From Thermoplasmatota archaeon (GTDB lineage Archaea > Thermoplasmatota > Thermoplasmata > UBA10834), in NCBI GenBank assembly GCA_040751795.1, contig JBFMHR010000001.1:416001-480000 (forward strand): DNA of 64,000 nt, read 5' to 3'. Each line of letters starts with the position of its first letter. Position 1 is the stretch's first letter. The position numbers and the translations under genes were made by a program. Under the pieces are notes generated by a model that saw only the letters and a list, made by a program, of their open reading frames with translations, was not told the origin of the DNA and searched no databases. Below, piece by piece: positions 9,701 through 16,952 of this stretch.

Positions 9701-10238
9701 GGTTGCCTGGGACAACCTTGACCCAGGGCTGAAGCAATGGATTGTCATGGGCTTGTCCATAGCGGCTTCAATCGCCCTTCCAGGGATAGGAGGCGTCCTT
9801 GTCAGCTGCCTGATTGACGGTACGTTCATCGACATGGTAACGGCAATAAGCACTGGGGATTGGGCCATGCTCGGCATGTGCGCATTGGCGTTCATACCGG
9901 GTGGGAAGGCGCTGAAGGGATTGAAGGGTCTTGGTGGGCTTGGAGACGTCGCGAAGGTTGGCAAGAAAGCGCCGAAGCGAGTCGCGGTCATTGGTGAGAC
10001 TCAGGCACGAGTCGACGCAGCTGCCGCGAAATATGGTGGTGAAACCATGCCGAAACTACCTCCGGGGAATAGAATGGCAGAAAACCGTGCCTGGATAAAC
10101 TCCAAGATGGATGAAGGATATATCATTGTGGACATTGGGCTGGACCCGAATAAGGCTCGACGTGGGTCTTACTATGCAATGGAATTGCATGAGATACTCG
10201 TATCGAGGAATTATCAACGATACTATCCGGTCCCCTAG
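738..10238 (+). CDS. Secreted RHS/YD-repeat polymorphic toxin, 3166 aa (alternative start ATG 792)
   Basis: N-terminal signal peptide (RRVHTFALAFAIIATVLLIFVAFAPAAQA), BNR motif SDDQGVTW, four SPNGGE Ig-like repeats, DUF6531-like ISPGNG, many YD repeats, RHS core LGARYYDPDAGRF...DPINKVDASG, followed by a C-terminal toxin region. Confidence 0.95.
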   Translation: MGTVKESTVRGSGAGTSGMPEIDRGTSARTLSRRVHTFALAFAIIATVLLIFVAFAPAAQASCEDALNSYAYDLPSNSDQLATSEEESTWADDGETSSPEPPSIDELSDLGHGFETRSFYSQIDPNVVNVLGSEDSSDAPHSSYQETDTLGSNDSYGFPSLENETSSDYWNSNAFGRYRLSADDYSKMVLYDSGSMQVASAWFDVESDIGATLGTATIVSRTSSHILTSQPLVLGEDDIGELLILTEFRFAEKPKVTAELSSAWIDELSVSWNIQLMFDAIQTPDDLFNVTDLVDGPSMSIAGHSVEVGTMSDEGRWQSRLGLDWSDAGCGDFSVRNMGLDNIAKIVFPKGMGLVDPTIVCTSYYQNSLPGAPFRNTVYSGGSYWLFVAGHNWIQYHRSDDQGVTWSEPTYFAEIYCPQRPGTFDVAVQNNQVAVAWMDLWNTEQYEVRYIDGYITGSSISWNTAIYVDSVMSGHYGWFGGVTLGVDGTAYVCYAEKKLDDSGVYLLGLTTMKKPFDSNSFSEFANTFPEYPILPGSVPFIRPMSVTTGADSVAFTALVGVDTVDPEPISYVITVVSPNGGEEWMRETYYDILWTTEPGIGYVKIELYQNGNPFYVIDYSDYNDGHYEWRVPSTLPTGQYYLRVSDTGDPDVWDESDDPFSIVLVPLCVISPNGGEEWARDTYHDILWTIASGIGYVKIALYQNGNLFYSIDSSDPNDGYYEWRVPALFTVGQYYLRVSDASHPDVWDESDNAFSIVLSATTLRVTSPNGGEEWWQGSTHLITWTTSLTLPGVIELWNVASNQGTQLAPVELSLGQFSWVISSSQAIGDNYKIRIRSAFGGYEDWSDSVFRIVPVPPSSISVLCPNGGETLYYGRSFYVNWTSEGTVATGPVKIALYSEGWQRLLITDETENDGSYRCSWSPDWWLDHGAKYQVRVSSLVDTGIYDYSDAFFSMSFFIPKEGIDHSSILVNVYRPNANTWALSAWDIIDVDCLGSVDLQSVCPGEKDELHMIYIDRTDRLTYQRYQLDDCPEPVSLDVSDGSLPSMSIDMNGDMHVQYASDGKVWEMHTSPGDGVWSDVVEFGEGDVYEITGLSSGEKLESKNFISFMDLSTYPYQYEIFFGTLPLPADVIGPYGDPWSAGGINQDQPFNMGVTDIISPGNGLLYLFQNDFVVPERGTDIVVSHFYSAPQYFVANSVGVLVPYLQYSFPYCKMGDGWQLNLPWIDDTYVHLWSGTRVKIDWDGDHFNNTRGQPFFLKRLSVGYQLDLQDGMRILFDSDGAPSYVISDRAVNPSLHDYKLEYAVNGEEKRLSLIRDTVDRYVAFLYNVDGRLSGIRYDTSTVSFTYSGGLLTGVTDPIGRATSFSYCDIAGFPSMLIDSVILPSSSAGSGRIDYLYVPIDVGSDARAYVVSCRYIPNENYRMYSYTVVDGVITCTTVNDYSIHEATEVDWVGATVYNFDSDAKASTTTYFGHDSYEYPYGTDTVPLKRTVSRYSPDGRAVTSETYYDFMSEPDVFTSYSDSRGNTIYSKDARGHETFASYSNTTTRNAFYRPPQLEKTTSGKIMFDDFNDWHDDGWSKSSGGYCTIGNYLLNDTYDPSCKLRATSSAFVLSKDLTPGESGLAKLIIDCMLEIETTDSDMAIMLTSESGTLLTGIRFCYSTWWNDYYIFYLRSDGIWDKTGVKYSSDTPFRVTLSVQISSGNVSTEFYIDGAWKFTCPQRYVGTNVVKYLKVSQDYRGSVPECVIDNVKVFANWDVTVTGLSSGMFVEIYDSRGNFVERKKAGGPSVTFTFTPSKSFMPHGNIIVRNDTSVINLVDSYREIWGGDTYRYSDSSLMKSAVSRTYSGIDFATTTILDESVDSTKYDLIGAFNFVSDANLVLSQSNYHHDEFSAGVGYHGYKPKVGVNPTNFYVSSTSYIVQFVYLEASAMPIEIGMRYYSTANGWSNMAFWGTDAITLDDGKTEYRRGDMPTSGQWVMLVTKASDIGWSSYYLSGMNFTHLGGDPRYDKTAFTSDTSFGKIRVTGLTAGQRVDIRHPNGTMITSGIATSTYLDLDLYAAGIHAFPLSGYFVFYDTAGQVAYESSVFRGIYPKDSYAYNLANSPFYTNSHVPEGYTGLATGTMQYTDAARTTSMETYMKFGRLSGSTWVENSLVSETKTKDGTVWRATQYEYDQYGNTVKVTDPRGVVMNYCYERSGTFLDSSWMILASTPIGQQNLSARFDYYSNGLLRSETDAKGYVTNYEYDSVGRVTKVTYPSLDGVLVSIDYIYDNVNQIVTYRDAIDTMSKTYYDSFGRVWKEQRYTSGGTSYSYRTYTYGWNGRVCEITDALGRGTHVDYDYFGRIVKAYNSDETAVRTYYDDRNRTVSQFDELGHRKDIVYDSIGRTIRSVQYLGEEQIVNSMTYDDIGNLLTVTDNAGLMTAYTYDNMARLKSVTYPYGVNEVLYYDAASRLERIDRSGTTYDLLYQYDDAGRLLKKYYTNGDCSNYTYDPNGNIVYASCTSCFTTTVTTRSYDEWDRLEEEVTTLDKSSYSVKFTYDTRSNLMTIDAIDSSYVVSYTYDEFNRMKTASLKAGRTTLSLASMNYNTRDQMTSISYGNGVTTSFTLDPTRGWIDRILVSKSSTSLLDLNYQRDATGRTTQVNAYRTYVYDDLGRLTYANDTSAYGHIAYTYDSYGNRKTMTRESTTTTYSYDEYMRLRQAVTGTSVKTFTYDSVRGNLATKADTSASYEFHYDADDRMYLLLQNGGVAGYYTYDAFGRRAKVIEGDVTETTIYAGSAPLVTISGSGNKITKTLHAYANGIHIAKYVSKYVYYYHQDEVGSVRLVTDKFGAVVFDTDYLPFGELFMPDGQEDFLFVDGRASKYAGLISLGARYYDPDAGRFTTPDKVVGALPTPITMNRWVYCHNDPINKVDASGMWPWDNIVNTIVDGAIDLLDAGANLVGDAIEFVADVVVETVETAIEVIETAVDVAVALVVEVVEAVKTVAEIVVAGCEAIKVAWDNLDPGLKQWIVMGLSIAASIALPGIGGVLVSCLIDGTFIDMVTAISTGDWAMLGMCALAFIPGGKALKGLKGLGGLGDVAKVGKKAPKRVAVIGETQARVDAAAAKYGGETMPKLPPGNRMAENRAWINSKMDEGYIIVDIGLDPNKARRGSYYAMELHEILVSRNYQRYYPVP
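2452..3010 (+). repeat. Intragenic tandem duplication, 282-bp period (two 94-aa Ig-like SPNGGE domains)
   Basis: ccgaacggaggagaagagtgg at 2469 and 2751; long shared blocks such as gggacagtactacctgagggtgtccgat; two more diverged copies start near 3030 and 3321. Confidence 0.9.
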
Positions 10239-10265
10239 CCCAAGTTCCCTGGAGGTCTTTGGCAA

Positions 10266-10829
10266 ATGCCCATTAAACTCAGACAGGAAGGCAGGCTCTG
10301 GATGGCTGAGGTCACCCCACCCCATGGCTGTTGGCAATCGCCCAGACCGATGATGGTTGGCGACTTGACTGAAGCATTGGCAGCTATTGGATGCCGACGA
10401 GAAGACATTGACCTTGCGCTACGAGAGACATACATGATTAAGCGAGAACAGGACGAGGATGATCGGATTCTGCCAAAACTGCGGCAGGCTCTCGATGGAA
10501 CATACGCGGTGCCCCCCCAGGAGCCAGGCGAAGAGGGCATCATAGCTTACATCCTGTTCGAACGAGAGTCTCCGCTGACTCTCTGGGAGATTTCCGACGC
10601 TTACGACTACTTGAACCGTGTGGGCTTAACCGCAGATGTTCTGGCTTGGGCGTTCGTGCGATTGAATGCGAGAGGATGGCTTGCTGAGCACGGCACTCTT
10701 TTCGGACTCACGACGGATGGTCGAAAGACCGTCACGCAGATTGTGGGCGAAGGTCGTATAGAGGACAAAATAGGCCGTCTGGTGGAATGGACCCAAGCCA
10801 ACCACCTCGCCATAGATACGAGGGCATGA
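10266..10829 (+). CDS. Probable immunity protein for the RHS C-terminal toxin
   Basis: Small ORF 27 nt after the toxin stop, GGAGGT RBS at 10251, same low-GC composition; N-terminal AEVTPPHG...IGC segment and a winged-helix-like C-terminal half. Confidence 0.7.
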   Translation: MPIKLRQEGRLWMAEVTPPHGCWQSPRPMMVGDLTEALAAIGCRREDIDLALRETYMIKREQDEDDRILPKLRQALDGTYAVPPQEPGEEGIIAYILFERESPLTLWEISDAYDYLNRVGLTADVLAWAFVRLNARGWLAEHGTLFGLTTDGRKTVTQIVGEGRIEDKIGRLVEWTQANHLAIDTRA

Positions 10830-11322
10830 CTCAATCCACCGTGAGAAGGAGCCATGGGGACGGAGAGAAGAGACAAGGAGCTGACTGAGGTGGAGTCACC
10901 TCCTCCTTCCCTTCATCCTAATTGAAACACCCACTCAGACTATCCCCACTGCCAAAGAACTCCACTTCGAGTAACCGAGCTCTCGCCCTTGATCACCAGC
11001 GAATTCTGACTCGATTTCAGGGTCCTTGCGCATTTTAATTCCGGGAAGACAATTTATGCTCAAGGGGGAACACACTCTCCCTCGGAGAAGAGGCTGTATG
11101 GGCGGACCAAGAACGAGCCGGCATCCCCACGAGAAGAGAGCGATGAAGAAGCTCATATCCTGGCACAACAGACTTCTGATTGAGATTCTGCCAGTCAATG
11201 CACTCCAGAGTCCGCTCCCTGCACACTGCATAGATGCGCTCACTCGGAAGAGTAGCTTTTTAGCCGTCGAAGAGGATAGAGAGCCCGGAGAAAGACGCGC
11301 ACGCGTGCTCCCGGTGGTTCAG

Positions 11323-11526
11323 TTGGACGAACGATCATCTAGATTCGCCTTCAAGCTGGTGCCCTTCGTGGCCCTCCTCGTCGCAGGGGTCATACTGCTG
11401 GTGTTCGCCTCGACGACCATCTGGGCGGAAGGAGAGACCGTATTCTACCTTCCCCTAGGTATCCCGGGAATCGTGGCGGTCCTGGCAGGAGCCATAGGCA
11501 TATCCCTGGTCGCGCTCGCGAGATGA
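11323..11526 (+). CDS. Small two-TM membrane protein
   Basis: Hydrophobic 3' part of ORF 11026-11526; TTG start after GGTGG. Confidence 0.6.
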   Translation: MDERSSRFAFKLVPFVALLVAGVILLVFASTTIWAEGETVFYLPLGIPGIVAVLAGAIGISLVALAR

Positions 11527-11619
11527 GCATCTCCCAAAGAGACCTCCGTGCCGGAGGGCCTCCTTCCGCCGCAGAAAATCTATCTGTCAAGAACCGCATC
11601 GTCAGGCGGGTGCAGCCCG

Positions 11620-11880
11620 ATGACACATGCGGACAAGAAGGTAGTACCGAGGAAGAGGCTGATGCGCTTCACGGAGTTCTTCATCGTCGGCCTGATGATG
11701 GGCATCTCGGAGGACCTGATGGCGATATACTTCGCCACGGGGGAGACGATCACCATCCAAATCGTCGTCATAGCGTCCGCCGTATCGCTGCCGTTCGCGT
11801 TCTTCAGCGAGATGGTCGTGGACCACCCCGACTTCTGGCCCCACGTCCTGGGGAAGCTGAGGGCAAGGGCGGACCACTGA
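11620..11880 (+). CDS. Small membrane protein
   Basis: EFFIVGLMMGISEDLMAI...PFAFFSEMVVDH; two hydrophobic helices, host-like codon usage. Confidence 0.7.
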   Translation: MTHADKKVVPRKRLMRFTEFFIVGLMMGISEDLMAIYFATGETITIQIVVIASAVSLPFAFFSEMVVDHPDFWPHVLGKLRARADH

Positions 11881-12007
11881 CCGCCTGGGAGCGGAGAATA
11901 CCCCAAGGCGGGCGGGGCTTGCGCATCCCATATGATGCATGCTAGCCGGGCTGTGTGAGAAGTCTTTAACCCGTCGGGTGCGATTCGGTGATGGAGGAAC
12001 TGGAGGT

Positions 12008-12337
12008 TTGGATTTGCGAACCAAGGCGGACCGCACACGAGACGCGAATGTCTTTCTCCTCGTGGGTCTGCTAGTCATGGGACTAGGGGCCATGCCCCTC
12101 ATCAACGGCCTCTACGGATACTGTGTCATCGTGCCAGCGATCGAAGAATCGGGCGACGCCGTCAGTGATGCTGCGGCAGAGATGGGGATAGACGAGGTCC
12201 CGGCCCTCTCGGCCGACAGGCCTGCCCTGCTCTTCGCGGTCATGATCCTGACAGGCATCTGCATGGTCGCCAGCGGGGCGGCGCTGCTGTCCGTCGGACT
12301 GCTGAGGAGAAGGAGATGCGCTGAGGAAAGGCCTTAG
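12008..12337 (+). CDS. Two-TM membrane protein
   Basis: GGAGGT RBS then TTG; two hydrophobic segments and a basic tail. Confidence 0.6.
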   Translation: MDLRTKADRTRDANVFLLVGLLVMGLGAMPLINGLYGYCVIVPAIEESGDAVSDAAAEMGIDEVPALSADRPALLFAVMILTGICMVASGAALLSVGLLRRRRCAEERP

Positions 12338-12376
12338 AGCCAGAAGGACGATAGGGGTCCTCCGAGGTTCGGCTCC

Positions 12377-12583
12377 ATGGCAGGGATGAAAGGGATCGTC
12401 ATAATGGTCCTCATCTTCTTCTCGGTGATCGCACTCATGCAGTCCCTGCTGACGCTGCTGTCGAGCATCTACCCAGTCGGTGCACGCGAATCGGCCAACA
12501 GCGTCGCCCTGTTCGCCATGGGCGCAGGCTTCCTCGCCACCAGCATATTCGTGTGGAAGAAGTGGGAGGAGGACGGGGCCTAG
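12377..12583 (+). CDS. Small two-TM membrane protein
   Basis: 68-aa hydrophobic ORF with GAGGT RBS. Confidence 0.6.
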   Translation: MAGMKGIVIMVLIFFSVIALMQSLLTLLSSIYPVGARESANSVALFAMGAGFLATSIFVWKKWEEDGA

Positions 12584-12606
12584 GCCATGGACCGAGGAGC
12601 CGGGAC

Positions 12607-13854
12607 CTACCATCTCCGCTGACGGTGTCTCTCGCCCTGCCGGGGGTGGGCCGGCCGCCTCTGGCCCCTCGGCTGCTTCGGCGCAGGCCTCGCTGCGGCG
12701 CCCACCGCGTCCCGCGCCGCGTCGGAGTGGAACTTGTGGGGCATCACCTCGATCCTCATCCTTATGAGCGCCTCGATCTCCCTCAGCGCGTCCCGCTCGT
12801 GGGCCGCGCACAGGGAGTAGGCGGTGCCCTCCGCCCCCGCCCTCGCCGTCCGGCCGATCCTGTGGACGTAGTTGTCGACCTGGTCCACGGGCAGGTCGTA
12901 GTTTATCACATGGGATATGTCGTCGACGTCGATGCCCCTCGCGGCGATGTCCGTCGCGACAAGCACCCTCGCGTGCCCCGACTTGAAGTCCTCCAGCGCC
13001 CTCGTCCTCTGCCCCTGGGACTTGTTCCCGTGTATGGCGTCGGCCCGGATGCGGTGGTAGGACAGCATGTCGGCGACCTTGTTGGCCCTCCTCTTCGTCC
13101 TCGTGAACACCAGCACGCACCTCAGGTCCTGCCGCCTCAGAAACTCCAGCAGGACCGCGTCCTTGTTCCTGTCGTCCACGAAGAGGACCTTCTGCTGCAC
13201 AAGCTTCACCGTGGTCGCCTGCGGGGCGACCTCCACCCGCACGGGGTGGCGGAGCAGCGTCTTGGCGAGCTCGCTTATCTTCGGAGGCATCGTCGCCGAG
13301 AAGAACACCGAGTGCCTGTGCGCCGGCAGCCTCGCGATGACCTTCTTGACGTCGTTTATGAAGCCCATGTCGAGCATCCTGTCGACCTCGTCCAGGACCA
13401 GGAACTCCAGGTCGTTCAGCTTCACGTGGCCCTGGTTCATCAGGTCCAGCAACCTGCCGGGCGTGGCGACGAGGACTTCGACGCCTCCGGAGAGCGCCCT
13501 GACCTGGGGGCCCTGGCCGACGCCGCCGAATATCACGGTGTGCCTGAACCTCATGAACGAGCCGTAGGTGGCGAAGCTCTCGTCTATCTGCGCGGCGAGC
13601 TCCCTCGTCGGCGCGAGGACCAGGGTCCTCGGGGACTTGGGGGATATGCGCTTGGGCGCCTGCGACATCAGCTGCAGCAGGGGCAGGACGAACGCGGCGG
13701 TCTTCCCCGTGCCCGTCTGCGCGATCCCGACCACGTCCTTGCCCTGCAGGATATGGGGGATGGCCTGCTCCTGTATCGGTGTCGGTGCCGTATAGCCCTG
13801 CTTCGCGACCGCCTCTAGCAGAGGCGGTATGAGCTTGAGATCCTTGAACTCCAT
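12607..13854 (-). CDS. DEAD-box ATP-dependent RNA helicase (RhlE-like)
   Basis: Q motif PTPIQ, AQTGTGKT, PTRELA, TPGR, DEVD, SAT, ARGID, HRIGRTAR. Confidence 0.97.
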   Translation of the reverse strand: MEFKDLKLIPPLLEAVAKQGYTAPTPIQEQAIPHILQGKDVVGIAQTGTGKTAAFVLPLLQLMSQAPKRISPKSPRTLVLAPTRELAAQIDESFATYGSFMRFRHTVIFGGVGQGPQVRALSGGVEVLVATPGRLLDLMNQGHVKLNDLEFLVLDEVDRMLDMGFINDVKKVIARLPAHRHSVFFSATMPPKISELAKTLLRHPVRVEVAPQATTVKLVQQKVLFVDDRNKDAVLLEFLRRQDLRCVLVFTRTKRRANKVADMLSYHRIRADAIHGNKSQGQRTRALEDFKSGHARVLVATDIAARGIDVDDISHVINYDLPVDQVDNYVHRIGRTARAGAEGTAYSLCAAHERDALREIEALIRMRIEVMPHKFHSDAARDAVGAAARPAPKQPRGQRRPAHPRQGERHRQRRW

Positions 13855-14048
13855 CTGTCCATCTCTCCGGCGGCCATCCCCGAAGGGGATGATAAAGGGT
13901 TGGCCCTGACAAGATGAGCGGGTGCCCGCTGATGGGGTGCGCCGTGATCATACCCCTTCCGCGGACGCCCGCCGGCGGCCAGGGCCCGGCCTGAGCGCAT
14001 CGCTCCCGAATGGCCTTACGGGAGTCGGCGGGGCCTTCGTCCCGGCGA

Positions 14049-14831
14049 CTATGCCGGCGCGAGCTCGAAGCTCTTCAGGACGAACGTCGCCTCTCCCTGC
14101 GACAAGGCGACCCCGCTCGTGACGCTGTCCGTGCGGCCGAACGACAGGCCGATTTCGTGGATGTCCGCGAGGGCGGCCTCGAACACGCTTGGGTCATAGG
14201 TCCCGCTGTGGGGGACCCAGTCCTCCATGACGAGTACCGCCTTGAGCGTGATTTCATCGTTGAGCGCTATCGAGTCTGTGACGTCCACAAACGACGTCAG
14301 GATCACGTGCGCCTCGGAGAACCAGAGGTCCGAGAACTCATAGGATCCACCGGTCGTCGTGAAGTGCAGGCAGACCTGAGTCCAATCATCGGTCCGCCTC
14401 GCCTCGAACACAGGCGCGTCGTTGGGGTCGCCCCTGATCTCGAACACGACCTCGATCGTCGCACCGACGGACAGGCTGCCCTCCCACACGTTGTCCAGGT
14501 ACACGGTGAACCATTCGTCATCCGCGTCGTTGAACTCGAACTCGATGTACCCCTCATCGTTGAGGGACGGGAACCTGTAGTCCCAGTAGTAGACCGGATA
14601 CAGCGTGTTCGGGTTCATCGGGTTGAAGTCCAAGGACACGTCCTTGACCTTCCAGTTCACCGCGTTCTCCTCCACCAGGTCCGAGAACGTCTGTCCGCTC
14701 GCGAACATCGCGACTCCCATGACGGAGCCGCTCAGCAGCAGCGCCATCACGCACACTCCCACGAAGACCCCGTAGGCTCCGGCCCTCCTCTCTGGGGCCG
14801 GCGGGCTCTTCAGCTTCCTGTACTTTGTCAT
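14049..14831 (-). CDS. Membrane-anchored or secreted hypothetical protein, beta-rich acidic domain
   Basis: Basic N-terminus, one TM, acidic aromatic-rich domain; GGAGGAG RBS. Confidence 0.7.
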   Translation of the reverse strand: MTKYRKLKSPPAPERRAGAYGVFVGVCVMALLLSGSVMGVAMFASGQTFSDLVEENAVNWKVKDVSLDFNPMNPNTLYPVYYWDYRFPSLNDEGYIEFEFNDADDEWFTVYLDNVWEGSLSVGATIEVVFEIRGDPNDAPVFEARRTDDWTQVCLHFTTTGGSYEFSDLWFSEAHVILTSFVDVTDSIALNDEITLKAVLVMEDWVPHSGTYDPSVFEAALADIHEIGLSFGRTDSVTSGVALSQGEATFVLKSFELAPA

Positions 14832-15087
14832 GCCTGCTTCACACTCCTCCGGACGCCCCTGGGGCCCTTCCCCCGGGGATCCGAGTGGGACGCGGCGGCC
14901 TGGAGAGAGGCCTCTGAGAAGCATGCAACTCGCTCAGCGACCCCGACTCGCCGGCTGCCAATTCCCCCGCCCACTGACCTGGCGCGCTCGCCAGGACCGT
15001 CATCGAATCCACTCCCCCCTATTTAGCGTCTGCGTGGTATCGTCGGGTGGGAGACGGTCTAGGGGAGCCCTCCCGCTGAGAAGGGGA

Positions 15088-15132
15088 TGAAAATCCACCG
15101 GCGGGGGGGACTCGCCGTCCCCCCCCGCCGGT
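15088..15132 (-). terminator. GC hairpin plus T-tract after clostripain gene
   Basis: ACCGGCGGGGGGGAC/GTCCCCCCCCGCCGGT near-perfect inverted repeat followed on the minus strand by GGATTTTC. Confidence 0.7.
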
Positions 15133-15145
15133 TGAGGTTTGCCCG

Positions 15146-16303
15146 TCAGGCGTGGTACGCGTCGATGAAGTCCGCCCAGCCGGTGTCGGCCCCGAACGCC
15201 ATCAGCCTGTACGCGCCCTCGTCGTAGTACCAGTCGTTGTACGTCGCCCAGTAGAAGGAGACGCCCCTGCAGTCCGCCATCTTGGGCCCTCCCCAGCACT
15301 TGACGACGTAGGAGAGGAGCGAGGACTGCATGTCCGCCGTGGCGGTCCTGAGCTGCGTGTCCGTCACGCCCTTCGTGGCCAGCAGGTGGTACCCGAGGTC
15401 GTAGAGGTCCAGGAAGGCGGGCACGGCGGTCATGTAGTGCGTCGCCTTCACCGCCGCCGCGTAGTATGCCTCGTACGTCGGCAGCAGGTACGTCATCCTT
15501 GCGGACCAGGCCGTGAACGTCCCTATGGTCGCCTTCAGCTGGGGGATGTCGATCGAGGCCATGGTCATCTTGCCGCCGTTGGTGTTGGTGTAGTGGGCTG
15601 CGTACGCGTCCACCATCACGATCGAGAGGTCCCTCGGCAGCATCGTCGGATTGTTCACGAGGGGGGTGAGCACCGTCGTCAGCGGGATGCCGTCCCCCGC
15701 CTCGTACTCCTCCGACGCGACCATGTACTGGACCAGGTCCGTCTTCGAGACCTGGTACCCGACCTCGATCATGTTCATGTTGCAGGCGTCCATGGCCAGG
15801 ACGTCTATCGTGTCACCCGCGTTGGCTATGGCGCTCTGGAGCTCGGGCATGTCTATCGAGCTGGCCGAGGTGTCGTCCGAGCAGATGTAGTGCCACCCGA
15901 AGCCGTGGTCCCACAGCATCAGGGCGAAGTACGTCGACGGCCACAGCGTCGTCGCCCGGTCGATCCACCAGGTCAGGGCCGCGGCGCTGCCCGAGTCCAT
16001 CTCCGGGTGCGTCTCCACAACGGTCACGGTGCTCCCCGAGACCTTGACTATCTCGATCGTCGAGGTCGTCTTCAGGTCCTTGAAGGCGACCAGGTTGACC
16101 TGGTCGCTCGGCGGCACGGCCTGGAGGAACGGCAGCGTCGTCGAAGCCCAGTAGTTCTCCAGGGAGTTGTCCCCCGCGACATAGATCGCGTAGGTCCAAG
16201 ATGCGGTCGTCTCGGCACTTCCGGCCGGCGCCATCAGCAGAATGCCAGGCACCAGCAGGATGGCCGCCATCGCCATGCTCAAAACATACTTTCTCATGTC
16301 CAT
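15146..16303 (-). CDS. Secreted clostripain-family cysteine peptidase (C11)
   Basis: Signal peptide, WTYAIYVAGDNSL, WDHGFGW (His), MDACNM (Cys), ASEE. Confidence 0.92.
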   Translation of the reverse strand: MDMRKYVLSMAMAAILLVPGILLMAPAGSAETTASWTYAIYVAGDNSLENYWASTTLPFLQAVPPSDQVNLVAFKDLKTTSTIEIVKVSGSTVTVVETHPEMDSGSAAALTWWIDRATTLWPSTYFALMLWDHGFGWHYICSDDTSASSIDMPELQSAIANAGDTIDVLAMDACNMNMIEVGYQVSKTDLVQYMVASEEYEAGDGIPLTTVLTPLVNNPTMLPRDLSIVMVDAYAAHYTNTNGGKMTMASIDIPQLKATIGTFTAWSARMTYLLPTYEAYYAAAVKATHYMTAVPAFLDLYDLGYHLLATKGVTDTQLRTATADMQSSLLSYVVKCWGGPKMADCRGVSFYWATYNDWYYDEGAYRLMAFGADTGWADFIDAYHA

Positions 16304-16456
16304 TATGCCCCACTGTCCCGTAGAAACCCACCTGCGCGGGTCCCCACCGATGGGCGCATCGTTCTAGGCGCATAAGAACCCGACGGACGCCCCCGCGCCG
16401 CGATAGTGTAATATCGGCCGTCGGGAATCCCGGCCTGGAGCAGGGAGGGACCTGGC

Positions 16457-16936
16457 ATGACGCGCGTGACGGTGATATACGATTCGAGGACCGGGAACAC
16501 GGAGAAGATGGCGAAGGCGGTCGCCAAGGGCGCCGGGAAGGCCAGGGGCACGGAGGTCGTGCTGCTGAAGGTCGACAAGGCGAAGCTCAGCGACCTCACC
16601 GCCTCGGACGGCATCGTGATGGGCTCCCCGACGTACTACGGGAACATGTCGGGGAAGATGAAGGAGTTCATAGACCGGTCCAACGCCGTGCACGGGAAGC
16701 TGGCCGGGAAGGCCGGCGGCGCGTTCACGAGCTCCGGGGACACGGCCTGCGGGGCGGAGACGACCCTCCTCTCGATCCTCGAGGCGATGATGATCCACGG
16801 GATGGTCGTCCAGGGCAGGTGCGAGAACAAGCACTACGGCCCGACCGCGGTCGAGGCGCCGAACAAGGACGAGCTGGCGCTCTGCGAGGACCTCGGGGAG
16901 AGGGTCGCGAGGCTCGCCTCGGCCCTCCGGGGATGA
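16457..16936 (+). CDS. Flavodoxin / WrbA-like NAD(P)H:quinone oxidoreductase
   Basis: YDSRTGNTEKMA, GSPTYYG, GKAGGAFTSSG. Confidence 0.9.
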   Translation: MTRVTVIYDSRTGNTEKMAKAVAKGAGKARGTEVVLLKVDKAKLSDLTASDGIVMGSPTYYGNMSGKMKEFIDRSNAVHGKLAGKAGGAFTSSGDTACGAETTLLSILEAMMIHGMVVQGRCENKHYGPTAVEAPNKDELALCEDLGERVARLASALRG

Positions 16937-16952
16937 TGCGGAGGAGACCACC

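Noticed and set aside
10830-11320. Orphan toxin/immunity cassette or IS remnant after the immunity gene
   Set aside because: Only very short ORFs; no RHS core fragment, terminal inverted repeats or transposase motifs seen
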